Assembly: GCA_963789775.1 (NCBI GenBank)
Contig: CAWBLX010000002.1
Coordinates: 143,663 to 207,662, forward strand
Length of the DNA stretch: 64,000 nucleotides
Source of the DNA: an uncultured Pseudomonadota bacterium
GTDB lineage: Bacteria; Pseudomonadota; Alphaproteobacteria; Rhizobiales; Hyphomicrobiaceae
Reading direction: 5' to 3'
The position numbers and the translations under genes are program-made. Positions 1 through 9,136 of the stretch are shown in pieces (the first letter of the stretch is position 1; each line of letters starts with the position of its first letter). The notes under the pieces were generated by a model. That model made no database searches. It saw nothing but the letters and a program-made list of their open reading frames with translations, and was not told the DNA's origin.

Positions 1-278
1 TGCGCTCTTCTCAAGTGTGTATTGCATAGCTTCCGAGTGAATCGGAAAAATCACCGGGAATAAAAGGGAACATCGATGGTCTCAGCCAAGTGTCCGGACC
101 ATCATGCTGCTCACGCGACCGCGCAAAAACGCTCGCTGTGGATCCGGTTCCCTAAAAAGCTCGCATTCAACGATGCTCTGTACTGGTACCTGAATTAGTT
201 AATGCTGATCGACCGTAATCATTCGATGTAATTGAAGATTGGGGCATTCGGCGCCGCACCAGTTATTGAGGCGAGATC

Positions 279-1274
279 CTAGGCCGACTGGGAATCCGCC
301 GTCGCCACCGAGGTCGCATTACCATCTGACGAAGGGACCGTGGAGTGGGCTTGCGCAACGCCGGAAACGTCGCGCGATATTGCTTGCAGACGTTGCTGCA
401 GTCGGGGCGCGACAAAATCGAGGAAGGCGCGCAGCTTCAACGGCTGCTGCTGGTGTGCCGCATGTACCAGATGGACTGGCATGGCTGGCGGGCCTCGATC
501 GGCCAATATCGGGACCAAAGAGCCTGCCTTGATGCTCTCTACCGCTTGGTAAGAGAGTACGCGCGCGATCCCGACACCCGCTGCCGCTCCGCCAACCACT
601 CCATCGGCGGTATTGATCGAGAAGCGCGGATTGATCGTAACCTGTTCGGCATCTTTCCCGTTGAGGAAGGGCCATTCCCGGTAGCGTTGCAGTCCCTCGA
701 ACGCGATGCAGTCATGCTCGGCCAAAGCCGCAGGCGTTTCCGGCGCGCCGCGTCGCTGGATATAGTCTGGGCTCGCGCAGATCACCCATCGGATCTCGCC
801 GACCCTCCGCGCGACAAGGGCGCTGTCAGGCAAGCGGCCGATCCGGACCGCAACATCGACATGACTTTCGATGAGATCGATGACGCTGTCGGATAGCACT
901 AACCTGACCGTCACATCGGGATAGGCCGCAAGAAAATCGTGGACGATTGGCGCGACGTTGAGTGCACCGAACGCGATCGGCGCCGTGACAAGCAACTCCC
1001 CCCTCGGTGCGCGATATTCTCCTGATGCGGCTCGTTCCGCTTCAGCCAGTTCCTCAAGCACGCGTCGCGCCGAGATAACATAGGCTGTGCCCGCCTCGGT
1101 GAGCAGGAGTTTGCGGCTCGTGCGAACGACCAGTTGAGATCCTAGAAATGCCTCCAGATCGGAGACGCGTCGGCTGACCGTCGGCAGAGGGATGTTCAGC
1201 GTCCGGGCAGCAGCGGAAAGGCTTCCGCCGTCAATTGCCGCAACCAGCGTGCGCATTGCCTCGAACCTATCCAT
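279..1274 (-). CDS. LysR family transcriptional regulator
   Basis: 331-aa ORF with an N-terminal LysR-type HTH (MDRFEAMRTLVAAIDGGSLSAAARTLNIPLPTVSRRVSDLEAFLG) followed by a substrate-binding-like domain. It is divergent from the operon starting at 1389, the usual LysR arrangement. Confidence 0.9.
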   Translation of the reverse strand: MDRFEAMRTLVAAIDGGSLSAAARTLNIPLPTVSRRVSDLEAFLGSQLVVRTSRKLLLTEAGTAYVISARRVLEELAEAERAASGEYRAPRGELLVTAPIAFGALNVAPIVHDFLAAYPDVTVRLVLSDSVIDLIESHVDVAVRIGRLPDSALVARRVGEIRWVICASPDYIQRRGAPETPAALAEHDCIAFEGLQRYREWPFLNGKDAEQVTINPRFSINTADGVVGGAAAGVGIARVLSYQAVESIKAGSLVPILADRGPPAMPVHLVHAAHQQQPLKLRAFLDFVAPRLQQRLQAISRDVSGVAQAHSTVPSSDGNATSVATADSQSA

Positions 1275-1388
1275 TAACCCTCTCGCTTTGCGGAAGTCAC
1301 GGTTTCCAAGTTAGCGCCTGCTGGACGAATCCGAAAGGCAGTATCCCATACAGGCAAGTCACGAGAACGCTTAAATTGGGATTTCAAA

Positions 1389-1937
1389 ATGTCGCGGATT
1401 CCTATTCCTGGTGTGGAAAATGTTCCGGCGGCCTCACGGGTTTTACTCGCTAAGGCTGACGGACGTCTCGGCACGGTACCCAACCTTTATCGCATCGTGG
1501 CCAACAGCCCGGCAGCCCTGGAAGCCCTGGTCACTTTCTACGACGCTCTCGAGAAAGGCGACCTTGACCCGCTCACGCGTGAGCGCATCGCGCTGGCAGT
1601 CGCCGAGGTTAACGGCAGTGACTATTGCCTGTCGGCGCAGACATATCGCGTTCGTGAGCGGCACTTGCTCGATGACATCGAGATTACGGCCAACCGAAAT
1701 GGCGCATCGAACGATATCCGCGCCAACGCTGCCGTGCGCTTTGCGGTCAAGTTGGCGCGCGGCCGCGGCAAGGTGAGTGATGCCGACTTCGCGGCGGTGA
1801 AAGACACTGGTTATTCCGACGCCGAGATCGTGGAGATTATCGCGCATGTCGCCGTCAACATCTTTGCCGGTACTGCGAACTCGGCGCTGCAAACCGACAT
1901 CGACTTTCCCCGCATAGGCGCACGCAAGTCCGCCTGA
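1389..1937 (+). CDS. Carboxymuconolactone decarboxylase / AhpD-like family protein
   Basis: 182-aa ORF with the typical CMD/AhpD-like core (ERIALAVAEVNGSDYCLSAQTY ... DAEIVEIIAHVAVNIF). Only one Cys is present in the usual CxxC position. Confidence 0.8.
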   Translation: MSRIPIPGVENVPAASRVLLAKADGRLGTVPNLYRIVANSPAALEALVTFYDALEKGDLDPLTRERIALAVAEVNGSDYCLSAQTYRVRERHLLDDIEITANRNGASNDIRANAAVRFAVKLARGRGKVSDADFAAVKDTGYSDAEIVEIIAHVAVNIFAGTANSALQTDIDFPRIGARKSA

Positions 1938-2024
1938 ACTCTCTGAAGACGAAACACCACGACGTAGGCGCACACCGTGCGTCCGCGAACCCTAACTCAC
2001 GTCCTCAACTCAAGGAGACTTCCC

Positions 2025-2885
2025 ATGACTGTTCGTTTCAAAACTGCCGACGTCGATGGCCTCAAGATGTTCTACCGCGAAGCAGGCGATCCGAGTCGTC
2101 CGACCGTTCTATTGCTCCACGGCTTCCCGAGCGCGAGCCATATGTTCCGTGACCTCATCCCCGAACTCGCCGGCGACTATCACGTCGTCGCCCCGGATCT
2201 GCCGGGCTTCGGCATGACCGAGCAACCCGGTCGGGGACAGTTCGCGTACAACTTCGAGAATATCGCCAATGTCGTCGACCGCTTCACCGAGGTGATCGGG
2301 CTCGACAAGTTCACTATCTATGTCTTCGACTACGGAGCTCCGGTGGGCTTCCGCATCGCGGTGAAACATCCCGAACGGATCACGGCCATCGTGACCCAGA
2401 ACGGCAACACCTATCTCGAAGGCGTGTCGGAGGCCTTTGCGCCGGTGCAGGCCTATTGGAAGGAACCGAACCAGGCCAATCGCGACGCTCTGCGCGGGTT
2501 CCTCGCCCCCGAGACGACGCTGTTCCAGTACACCCACGGCGTTGCGGACCCGAGTATGGTTTCGCCTGACGGCCGCAATCTCGACGACCATTACCTGGCG
2601 CGTGCCGGTAACGACGAGATCCAGCTCGACCTGCTGCTCGACTATCAGACCAACGTCGCGCTCTACGACACCATCCAGGCCTATCTTCGCGAGCATCAGC
2701 CGCCGCTGTTGGCGATCTGGGGCAAGAACGATCCGTTCTTCATCCCGCCGGGTGCCGAGGCGTTCAAACGCGACGTTCCTGCGGCCGACATTCGCTTCGT
2801 CGACAGTGGCCATTTCGCGCTCGAGACCCATGCCTCTGAAATCGGTGCGGCGATGCGCGAATTCCTCGCCAAGCACGTGAGCTAA
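2025..2885 (+). CDS. Alpha/beta hydrolase (cytoplasmic paralog)
   Basis: The ORF track starts at 1977. The ATG at 2025 is preferred because AAGGAGA lies 7 nt upstream. Motifs VLLLHGFPSASHMF, APDLPGFG and DSGHFALE are typical of the epoxide-hydrolase/haloalkane-dehalogenase-like fold. Confidence 0.85.
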   Translation: MTVRFKTADVDGLKMFYREAGDPSRPTVLLLHGFPSASHMFRDLIPELAGDYHVVAPDLPGFGMTEQPGRGQFAYNFENIANVVDRFTEVIGLDKFTIYVFDYGAPVGFRIAVKHPERITAIVTQNGNTYLEGVSEAFAPVQAYWKEPNQANRDALRGFLAPETTLFQYTHGVADPSMVSPDGRNLDDHYLARAGNDEIQLDLLLDYQTNVALYDTIQAYLREHQPPLLAIWGKNDPFFIPPGAEAFKRDVPAADIRFVDSGHFALETHASEIGAAMREFLAKHVS

Positions 2886-2978
2886 CCACCCATTGGTCCG
2901 GTCGTCGCACCGCGAGCCGCCCGGACCATCACACCACTGGCGGTGAACCGTTCATAAAAAACAACTCGGAGACGGACC

Positions 2979-3362
2979 ATGAAATCTTCGCAAGACATTA
3001 TCCGCAGCTTCTACGACAACCTTTCCAGCGGTAATGCGCCCGGCGCGCTTTCCCTGATGGCGCCGGACATCGAGTGGATCACGATGTGGCATTACAAAGT
3101 CGACGGCCGTGGCCCCGACTGTGTTGCCGAGGGCTTGTTCAAACCGCTCATGGCCGAATGGTCGAGCTTCTCGCTCGTGCCGACCGAGTTCATCACCGAA
3201 GGTGACACTGTCGTATCCCTCGGCGAGTTTATCGGCGTGCACGCAACAACGGGCAAGCGGTCGGAGGCCCGATACGCCCATGTCTGGACCCTTCGCGACG
3301 GCAAGATCAGCCGTTTCCGCCAGTATATCGACACGCAGGCGATCGCCGAGGCGAGGCGCTGA
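2979..3362 (+). CDS. SnoaL-like / NTF2-fold (ketosteroid-isomerase-like) protein
   Basis: 127-aa ORF with GGAGA upstream. N-terminus IIRSFYDNLSSGNAPGALSLMAPDIEW and C-terminus WTLRDGKISRFRQYIDT are typical of SnoaL-like polyketide-cyclase-fold proteins. Confidence 0.7.
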   Translation: MKSSQDIIRSFYDNLSSGNAPGALSLMAPDIEWITMWHYKVDGRGPDCVAEGLFKPLMAEWSSFSLVPTEFITEGDTVVSLGEFIGVHATTGKRSEARYAHVWTLRDGKISRFRQYIDTQAIAEARR

Positions 3363-4129
3363 TGGCACGCGTCGCAATCGTCACCGGCGCCAGCCGCGGC
3401 ATTGGCCGGGCTACTGCGATCCGGTTGGCCCGTGACTTCAGCGCCATAGCGCTGGTAGCGCGGTCGAATGAAACGCTCGCCGCGACCGCTGATTTTGTCG
3501 TCCTCGGCGGCGCAGAGGCGTTGGTGCTGGCGCGCGACCTGCGGGAGCCAAATGCGGCGACCGAGGTCATCGCAGCCACGCTCGAACGGTTCGGCCGGAT
3601 TGACGCGGTTGCCTGCATCGCTGGCGCCGTACCGCAGCAAGACCTGTTCGAGCTGACCGACGAGCATTGGGAAGATGGACTTGCGCTCAAATTCCATTCG
3701 GCAAGGCGGCTGACCATTGCTGCGTGGGATGCCCTCAAGGTTTCGCGCGGCTCGGTCGCGATTACATCGGGGACTTCGGCATTAACTCCGAAGGCGTCGC
3801 TGGCTGCGGTCGGTACGATCAATGCGGCCATACTGGCACTCGCTAAAACGTTTGCCGATCGGGGCATCAAGGATGGCATTCAGGTGAACACCATCCTTCC
3901 GGGATCGGTGATGACAGACCGGCGCCGCTCAATGCTGCAGGGTTATGCCGATGCGCACGGCCTCGGACTCGATGCTGCAATGGAGCGCTTCGCGGTCGAG
4001 ATGGGCATCGCCCGCTATGGGCAGCCCGAGGATATCGCCAACGCGATCGCTTTCCTCTTTGCCGCGGAAAGCCAGTGGGTCACAGGTACGGCGTTGCGGG
4101 TTGATGGCGGCGAAACCAAAGTGATCTAG
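3362..4129 (+). CDS. SDR family oxidoreductase
   Basis: 255 aa with Rossmann motif VTGASRGIGRA and an SDR C-terminal part (ARYGQPEDIANAIAFL ... VTGTALRVDGG). The start overlaps the stop of the preceding gene. Confidence 0.9.
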   Translation: MARVAIVTGASRGIGRATAIRLARDFSAIALVARSNETLAATADFVVLGGAEALVLARDLREPNAATEVIAATLERFGRIDAVACIAGAVPQQDLFELTDEHWEDGLALKFHSARRLTIAAWDALKVSRGSVAITSGTSALTPKASLAAVGTINAAILALAKTFADRGIKDGIQVNTILPGSVMTDRRRSMLQGYADAHGLGLDAAMERFAVEMGIARYGQPEDIANAIAFLFAAESQWVTGTALRVDGGETKVI

Positions 4130-4253
4130 CTCTACAAATGAATGCGCGTAGTGCACGTGAAGCCGTCACTGAAGAGATTGCCGCGGCCTTTCAAAATTTC
4201 TGGAGGTCTTCACAACGTCAGTCTGCGGCGTGAGCGATCTTACTCCGCTGCTG

Positions 4254-5015
4254 TTACGAAAGTGTCTCCCCTGTCGGACCGAAGCGTTCCGTCCGGACGC
4301 GATTCTCGGCGTGTCCCAGAGTGATGAGGTGCTCCGCGATTGTCTCCACGAACGCAGTCGGTCCGCAGACGTAAACGTCAGGATTTCCTGCAGGCAGGAA
4401 TAGTCGGCGGGTTAACATCTCACGGTCGATTCTGCCTCGCTCACCTTCCCATGCTGTGGAAACGGCGCGGGTCAGCGTATGGCTGAGCGTGAAATTTTCG
4501 GTGTTTGCTGCAAGAAGGTCGAGCTCAGCACGGTATATGATGTGGTCGATGCTCCGCGAGGAATAAAGCAAACGGGCTGGCTGAGTTGCTCCAGCAGAGG
4601 AACGAGAACGTAGCATCGACATCAGTGGCACGATGCCAGAGCCGCCGCCAATCAGCAGCAATCCATAATCGTGCGCCGCGGACCACGCGAAATAGCCCCC
4701 GATTGGTCCGCGCACCTCGATCTCGTCTCCAACGCGCAGTTCATCGTGGAGGAAGCCCGAGACCTCGCCGTCGGGAACAGCATCGACGGTCAGCTCGATA
4801 AGCGTCCCAGGACCGGCGCCCGAAGCGATCGAATAGCTGCGTTGGGCGACGTAGCCATCTTCAGCCGTCAGGCGCAAATCGACATGCTGCCCGCCGAGAT
4901 GCCCGGGCCAGCCGGGAACATCGAAGCTGATCGTTTTGACCGTCGCTGTTTCATCGCGAATTGCCATCACCGTCGCCAGGTGCCATTGCGCGGCCGCGGT
5001 CGTTGCCTCGATCAT
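4254..5015 (-). CDS. FNR-like FAD/NAD(P)-binding reductase (no Fe-S domain seen)
   Basis: 253 aa with FAD-binding RSYSIAS, GxxS/T-like GEVSGFL and NAD-binding LLIGGGSGIVP. The start forms an ATGA overlap (5012-5015) with the stop of the upstream molybdoenzyme gene. Confidence 0.8.
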   Translation of the reverse strand: MIEATTAAAQWHLATVMAIRDETATVKTISFDVPGWPGHLGGQHVDLRLTAEDGYVAQRSYSIASGAGPGTLIELTVDAVPDGEVSGFLHDELRVGDEIEVRGPIGGYFAWSAAHDYGLLLIGGGSGIVPLMSMLRSRSSAGATQPARLLYSSRSIDHIIYRAELDLLAANTENFTLSHTLTRAVSTAWEGERGRIDREMLTRRLFLPAGNPDVYVCGPTAFVETIAEHLITLGHAENRVRTERFGPTGETLS

Positions 5016-5629
5016 TGGTCGCCCTCGTAGCGCTGTTCGCGCCAGGGATCGCCGCGCAAATGATAGCCCTGCGATTCCCAGAAACCCGGAGTGTCGTCGT
5101 TACGAAAGGCGAGGCGCCGCACCCACTTCGCGCTTTTCCAGAAATAAAGGTGAGGCACGAGCAGGCGCGCGGGACCGCCGTGAGAAGGGAGAAGCGGTAG
5201 ATCGTCGAAGTGCGTCGCGATCATGGCGCGCGCTTCGACCAAGTCGGCGACGAGCAGGTTCGTCGTATATCCACCGTCGCAATGCGCCATAAGAAAGCCG
5301 GTCGGCGCGGCATCCAATCCAGCGGCGCGGAACAAATCGTCGATCGTGACCCCGCGCCAGCGTGTGTCGAATTTCGACCATTTCGTCACGCAGTGGATGT
5401 CAGAGGTCAACTCGGTCTGCGGCAGTGCCTCGAATTGCTCCCATGTCCAGGTGCCGAGCAGCGTTCCCCCATGCTGCAGGGAGAGGCTCCAACGATCGAG
5501 CTGCGTGTGCTGCGCGGGACCTGCGGTCAGCACCGGGAATTCGGGTGTAAGGAACTGTCCCGGCGGCAACCTCAGGCGATCATCCTCACCGCCGCGACGC
5601 TTACCTTTGAAGCCTCTGGTCACATGCAT
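5012..5629 (-). CDS. Sulfite-oxidase-fold (YedY/MsrP-like) molybdopterin oxidoreductase, no signal peptide
   Basis: 205 aa. The motif DIHCVTKWSKFDTRWRG resembles the Mo-ligand Cys region of the YedY family (..RCVEAWS..). Also has GGPARLLVPHLYFWKSAKW. No Tat or Sec leader is visible. Confidence 0.75.
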   Translation of the reverse strand: MHVTRGFKGKRRGGEDDRLRLPPGQFLTPEFPVLTAGPAQHTQLDRWSLSLQHGGTLLGTWTWEQFEALPQTELTSDIHCVTKWSKFDTRWRGVTIDDLFRAAGLDAAPTGFLMAHCDGGYTTNLLVADLVEARAMIATHFDDLPLLPSHGGPARLLVPHLYFWKSAKWVRRLAFRNDDTPGFWESQGYHLRGDPWREQRYEGDQ

Positions 5630-5675
5630 CGTGCGTCCTCTCCGTCCGACCGTAAATCAGTATCAAAGGCTTCCA

Positions 5676-6623
5676 TCACCGATTAATTCCCGCGGTCGCC
5701 ATGAAGCGAAGTATAAGCTCGGCGATCTCATCGTTCTTCTCGTCCATCGCGAAGTGACCCGCATCCAGAAGATGGATTTCGGCATCGGGCAGATCGCGTT
5801 TGAACGCGGTGCCGCCCGCCGCGATGAAGGACGGATCGTTGGCTCCCCAGACGACCAGAGTAGGAGGTTTGTGCTCGCGAAGCCAAGCCTGCCAGGCGGG
5901 ATACGACGCGACGTTCGTGCGGTAATCATAGAGAAGAGCGGTCTGAATTTCACGCTGGCCGGGCGCCGAGAGATGCGCGAACTCGTCGGTCCATGTGTCG
6001 GGATTGTAAAGTTCCGGATGCGAGGTCCCGGCGATGTGGCGCTGCTTCGTTGCATCGAAGGACAGAAAGGAATCGACGACCTCCTGGTGCGCCATAGGGT
6101 TCGCCCAATACTGCGCAATTTTCGCCCATTTAGTCCCCAGCCCCTCGCGATAAGCATTCCCGTTCTGGACAATGAGAGCTTTCACCCTTTCTGGGTGGGC
6201 CAGCATGATCCGGAAGCCGACCGGCGCTCCATAATCGTGGATGTATAGCGAGTAGCTTTTCAGTCCGAGCTTCTCCAGAAGATGATCTGTCGTCGTTGCA
6301 AGATGATCGAAGGTGTATTCGAATTCGGCTGGAGAGGGTGCATCGCTTTGCCCGAAACCCGGAAAATCCGGGGCAATCAGGTGGTAGCGCTTTGCCAGCA
6401 GCGGGATGAGCGCATCGAATTCTCGCGAAGACGATGGAAAGCCGTGCAGCAAGACGATCGTCGGTGCATCGCGTCGACCGGCTTCGCGATAGAAGATCTG
6501 GATACCGTCAACTTGTTCGTGATGATAGCTCGTCTGTGTTGTCTCCGGAGCCGCCGTCGCCGGCTGACTGGAGAAAAGTGCGGCGATACCGATCGCCGCA
6601 AATTTCAATTTCATCATCTTCAT
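5676..6623 (-). CDS. Secreted alpha/beta hydrolase (paralog of 2025..2885)
   Basis: 315 aa with signal peptide MKMMKLKFAAIGIAALFSSQPATAAP. The catalytic domain is colinear with the 2025..2885 product (IVLLHGFPSSSREF, APDFPGFG, DAGHFAMDE). Confidence 0.85.
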   Translation of the reverse strand: MKMMKLKFAAIGIAALFSSQPATAAPETTQTSYHHEQVDGIQIFYREAGRRDAPTIVLLHGFPSSSREFDALIPLLAKRYHLIAPDFPGFGQSDAPSPAEFEYTFDHLATTTDHLLEKLGLKSYSLYIHDYGAPVGFRIMLAHPERVKALIVQNGNAYREGLGTKWAKIAQYWANPMAHQEVVDSFLSFDATKQRHIAGTSHPELYNPDTWTDEFAHLSAPGQREIQTALLYDYRTNVASYPAWQAWLREHKPPTLVVWGANDPSFIAAGGTAFKRDLPDAEIHLLDAGHFAMDEKNDEIAELILRFMATAGINR

Positions 6624-6649
6624 TCTCCGGAAGCTGCGCGTCGCTTCGA

Positions 6650-7138
6650 TTATTTGGACGATGTGACGCGAGAGGCGAAAAGGAGAGTAACCGATGCCGC
6701 CAGCAAGACGAGGTCCTTCAGAAGGAACTGCCCGGGTACCGCCGAAATCGCTGGGAAACCACCGGCGGTAGGTTCGAAGACGCCCGGTGTGCTGACGAAG
6801 AAGGTCAGCGTGATCACATAGGTCGCGATGGACATGGCTGCGCCAACGGCGGAAAGAACCGGAACGAATGCCCCCGCGATCAACGCCGCCGCGGTCGACA
6901 ATTCGAGTACACCGATGACATCACTCGTACCCTGGATGCCAAAAAGCGCGTGCATCCAACCCATGACCGGGCTGTTCGCAACGAACGGCGCAATGGCATG
7001 CGCTTCGTAACTCGTAAATTTCATGCCGCCAAACCAAAGGAAGATCACGACGAGTGACCAACGTAATGGGGCAACGATCGAGTGAGAGCCCGAATTTTGT
7101 TCGGCAATGACAAAGCGCGTCCGTCCTGAGTTGTTCAT
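6650..7138 (-). CDS. DUF417 (YkgB/RclC-like) inner-membrane protein
   Basis: 162 aa with four predicted TM stretches and FLWFGGMKFTSYEA ... GQFLLKDLVLL, which I recognise as the DUF417 pattern. RBS AAGGAGA lies upstream. Confidence 0.7.
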   Translation of the reverse strand: MNNSGRTRFVIAEQNSGSHSIVAPLRWSLVVIFLWFGGMKFTSYEAHAIAPFVANSPVMGWMHALFGIQGTSDVIGVLELSTAAALIAGAFVPVLSAVGAAMSIATYVITLTFFVSTPGVFEPTAGGFPAISAVPGQFLLKDLVLLAASVTLLFASRVTSSK

Positions 7139-7553
7139 AAGATGTCTCCTTGAAACCTTTGATCTGGGCGTCGTCGCCCGCCAATTGGGGATACGGCCTT
7201 CCGCGCTGTCTCATCAGGCCCTATCTCCGGAACCATCACTTCCGCATTTCGAGAGGGCGGTGGCGCGGCTTGGCGAAGGCAAACCGCAATCGTGCAAACC
7301 GGCGGCCTGGGAGACTATTGCAGGGGAAACTGTCATTTCAGATTGTCGTGGGAAGCCGTGCGCGCTTTCGCGACGGGAATAGACCGACGGAAAATCGCGA
7401 GATATTGCTCGCGTGCCGCGCCGCTGTCCAAATGCAAAAAACCGCGCGCATGCCGAGCCGTGCTCGAAGCCGTTAAGCGGCAGAAGATCACCAGCTTCCA
7501 AATGCATGCCGACACAGCGAAGGCTTTGCACGCAAGGGCTGAAGCCGGATCAT

Positions 7554-7577
7554 CGGTCCCTGCAATTGCAGGGACCG
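7554..7577. repeat. Perfect 24-nt palindrome CGGTCCCTGCAATTGCAGGGACCG
   Basis: Read directly from the sequence. It lies 12 nt downstream of the stop of the minus-strand gene 7589..7861, so it may be a terminator hairpin, although no U-tract follows on that strand. Confidence 0.9.
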
Positions 7578-7588
7578 AATTTACCCCG

Positions 7589-7861
7589 CTATTTGCCCCT
7601 CGCCTTTTCCGCCATCTGCCGGTCAATCTCGTCCCAAACGCCGTGCGGCGAGAAGCCATCCCCCGCTTTGCACGAGTTATAGGCTTCGTAGGAACGACGA
7701 ACCGCATCCGCGAGTTCATAGCCGCTCGTCTTGTCGATGTAGATCGACATCTTCATCATGTGATCCTTGAAGCCTTTGTCGCAGTCGTATTTTTCCGCCG
7801 AGGCGGGTCCTGCGATAAGCGACAATGCCCCCGCCATAACGACAGATGTGATTAGCTTCAT
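7589..7861 (-). CDS. Small secreted protein, unknown function
   Basis: The ORF track gives 7589..7894. The internal ATG at 7861 is preferred (GGAG upstream) and gives signal peptide MKLITSVVMAGALSLIAGPASA followed by a 68-aa mature part with two Cys. Confidence 0.5.
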   Translation of the reverse strand: MKLITSVVMAGALSLIAGPASAEKYDCDKGFKDHMMKMSIYIDKTSGYELADAVRRSYEAYNSCKAGDGFSPHGVWDEIDRQMAEKARGK

Positions 7862-8030
7862 TAAAGGCTCCGAATTTTTGTTAGCTACTTCCACATTGCG
7901 CCCGCGTCAGCGCGCGCTCGGGCACTCTATAAAGTCGCCGACGTCCGGGAATCCGAATTGAGGGACAAATCGTCTGAAAATGAATGATGAAGCGTAACAG
8001 GAAAGGATGCGATTTTCGGAGCAGAAAAGA

Positions 8031-9026
8031 TCAAGAATCGACGCCCGAGCTTTCTTCTTCGATGTTCAATCCATTTTTGCTCGCTGGAAGACTGCCCGCG
8101 CGATAGTCCGTGGGATCGACGCCATAGATCGCTCGGAAAGCCCGGGAAAAGCTGCTCCGGTTCACATAGCCGACTGTGTTGGCGACTTGTTCCACGGACA
8201 TCATCTTCGCATCCAAGAGGTTTGCCGCACGGCGCATCCTCAATTCTCTCAGGGCGGCAAGAGGAGAAACACCCAATGCCTCTGAAAACCGAGACATAAA
8301 TGCCGAACGACTTAGGCCCGCGACCCGCGCCAACGTGTTTGTTGTGTGATTTTCGCAGGGGTCGGCGATCATGGACGCGAAAGCGCGTGCAATTTGCGGG
8401 TCATTGATAATTGGAAAGCGCTGAGCCCAAAGCTTGGGCTCTTCAAAAGATCTGCGTAGCACAGATAGGATGACTTGCTTGAGCAGCGATCCGATCATTG
8501 CAGCGCGCCCGACGCGCTCGGAAGCCGATTCATCCAAAACGGCAGCGAGACTTTGATCAAGTCGATCCGCGGGATCAAACTGTTCAACGATTGGAGCTGT
8601 CAGCGTGGTGAAGATATCGATCGATCTTCCGTAAGAGGTTTCAAAATAGCCGCACATCAGGACAAGCTCTGGCCCGCCCGACCCTGCAACGATTTCGTCG
8701 ACCTTTCCCTGCTCAAGCTGGCTGACGTCGAAGCATTTCGTGTTGGCCGTCCCGCGCCGGCTAATTTCAACGCGTACAGGCAACATTGACGGCACTATGA
8801 CCATCGAATGAGGCGCTAACTCGATGGGAGGAAAATCGGACACCGTCATTGTTCCATGGCCACGCACCACATAGTGGATCGCGGTCTTCTGGCCCGCGGT
8901 GAATGCCAATCGCCATCCGGAACCGATGATGCAATGAGCGAGGCCACCCATCAGAACCTCGATGCCGATCATCAACTGATCAATATCCCGGTTTGCGACG
9001 GACGATTTCGGACGTTCGGCGACCAT
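8031..9026 (-). CDS. AraC family transcriptional regulator (cupin-like N-domain)
   Basis: 331 aa with the C-terminal AraC double HTH (LARVAGLSRSAFMSRFSEALGVSPLAALRELRMRRAANLL ... VANTVGYVNRSSFSRAFRAIYGVDPTDYR). Divergent from the first P460 gene. Confidence 0.85.
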   Translation of the reverse strand: MVAERPKSSVANRDIDQLMIGIEVLMGGLAHCIIGSGWRLAFTAGQKTAIHYVVRGHGTMTVSDFPPIELAPHSMVIVPSMLPVRVEISRRGTANTKCFDVSQLEQGKVDEIVAGSGGPELVLMCGYFETSYGRSIDIFTTLTAPIVEQFDPADRLDQSLAAVLDESASERVGRAAMIGSLLKQVILSVLRRSFEEPKLWAQRFPIINDPQIARAFASMIADPCENHTTNTLARVAGLSRSAFMSRFSEALGVSPLAALRELRMRRAANLLDAKMMSVEQVANTVGYVNRSSFSRAFRAIYGVDPTDYRAGSLPASKNGLNIEEESSGVDS

Positions 9027-9136
9027 TTGTGGACCCTTGGTGCAATGGGTTGAACTAAGACTCTCTCAATATCGAGACCGCCTCAACGAGTGAAGAGCAG
9101 TGATGGTCTCGATGTCGACAGATCAAGGGGTATGTC

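Noticed and set aside
5223-6248. 341-aa plus-strand ORF spanning the Mo-oxidoreductase/hydrolase junction. Similar cases are 22584..23402, 24003..24839, 25863..26642, 26670..27626 and 30061..30906.
   Set aside because: Each is antisense to a gene with strong family motifs and crosses gene boundaries of the opposite strand. The compositions are Arg/Ser/Pro-rich.
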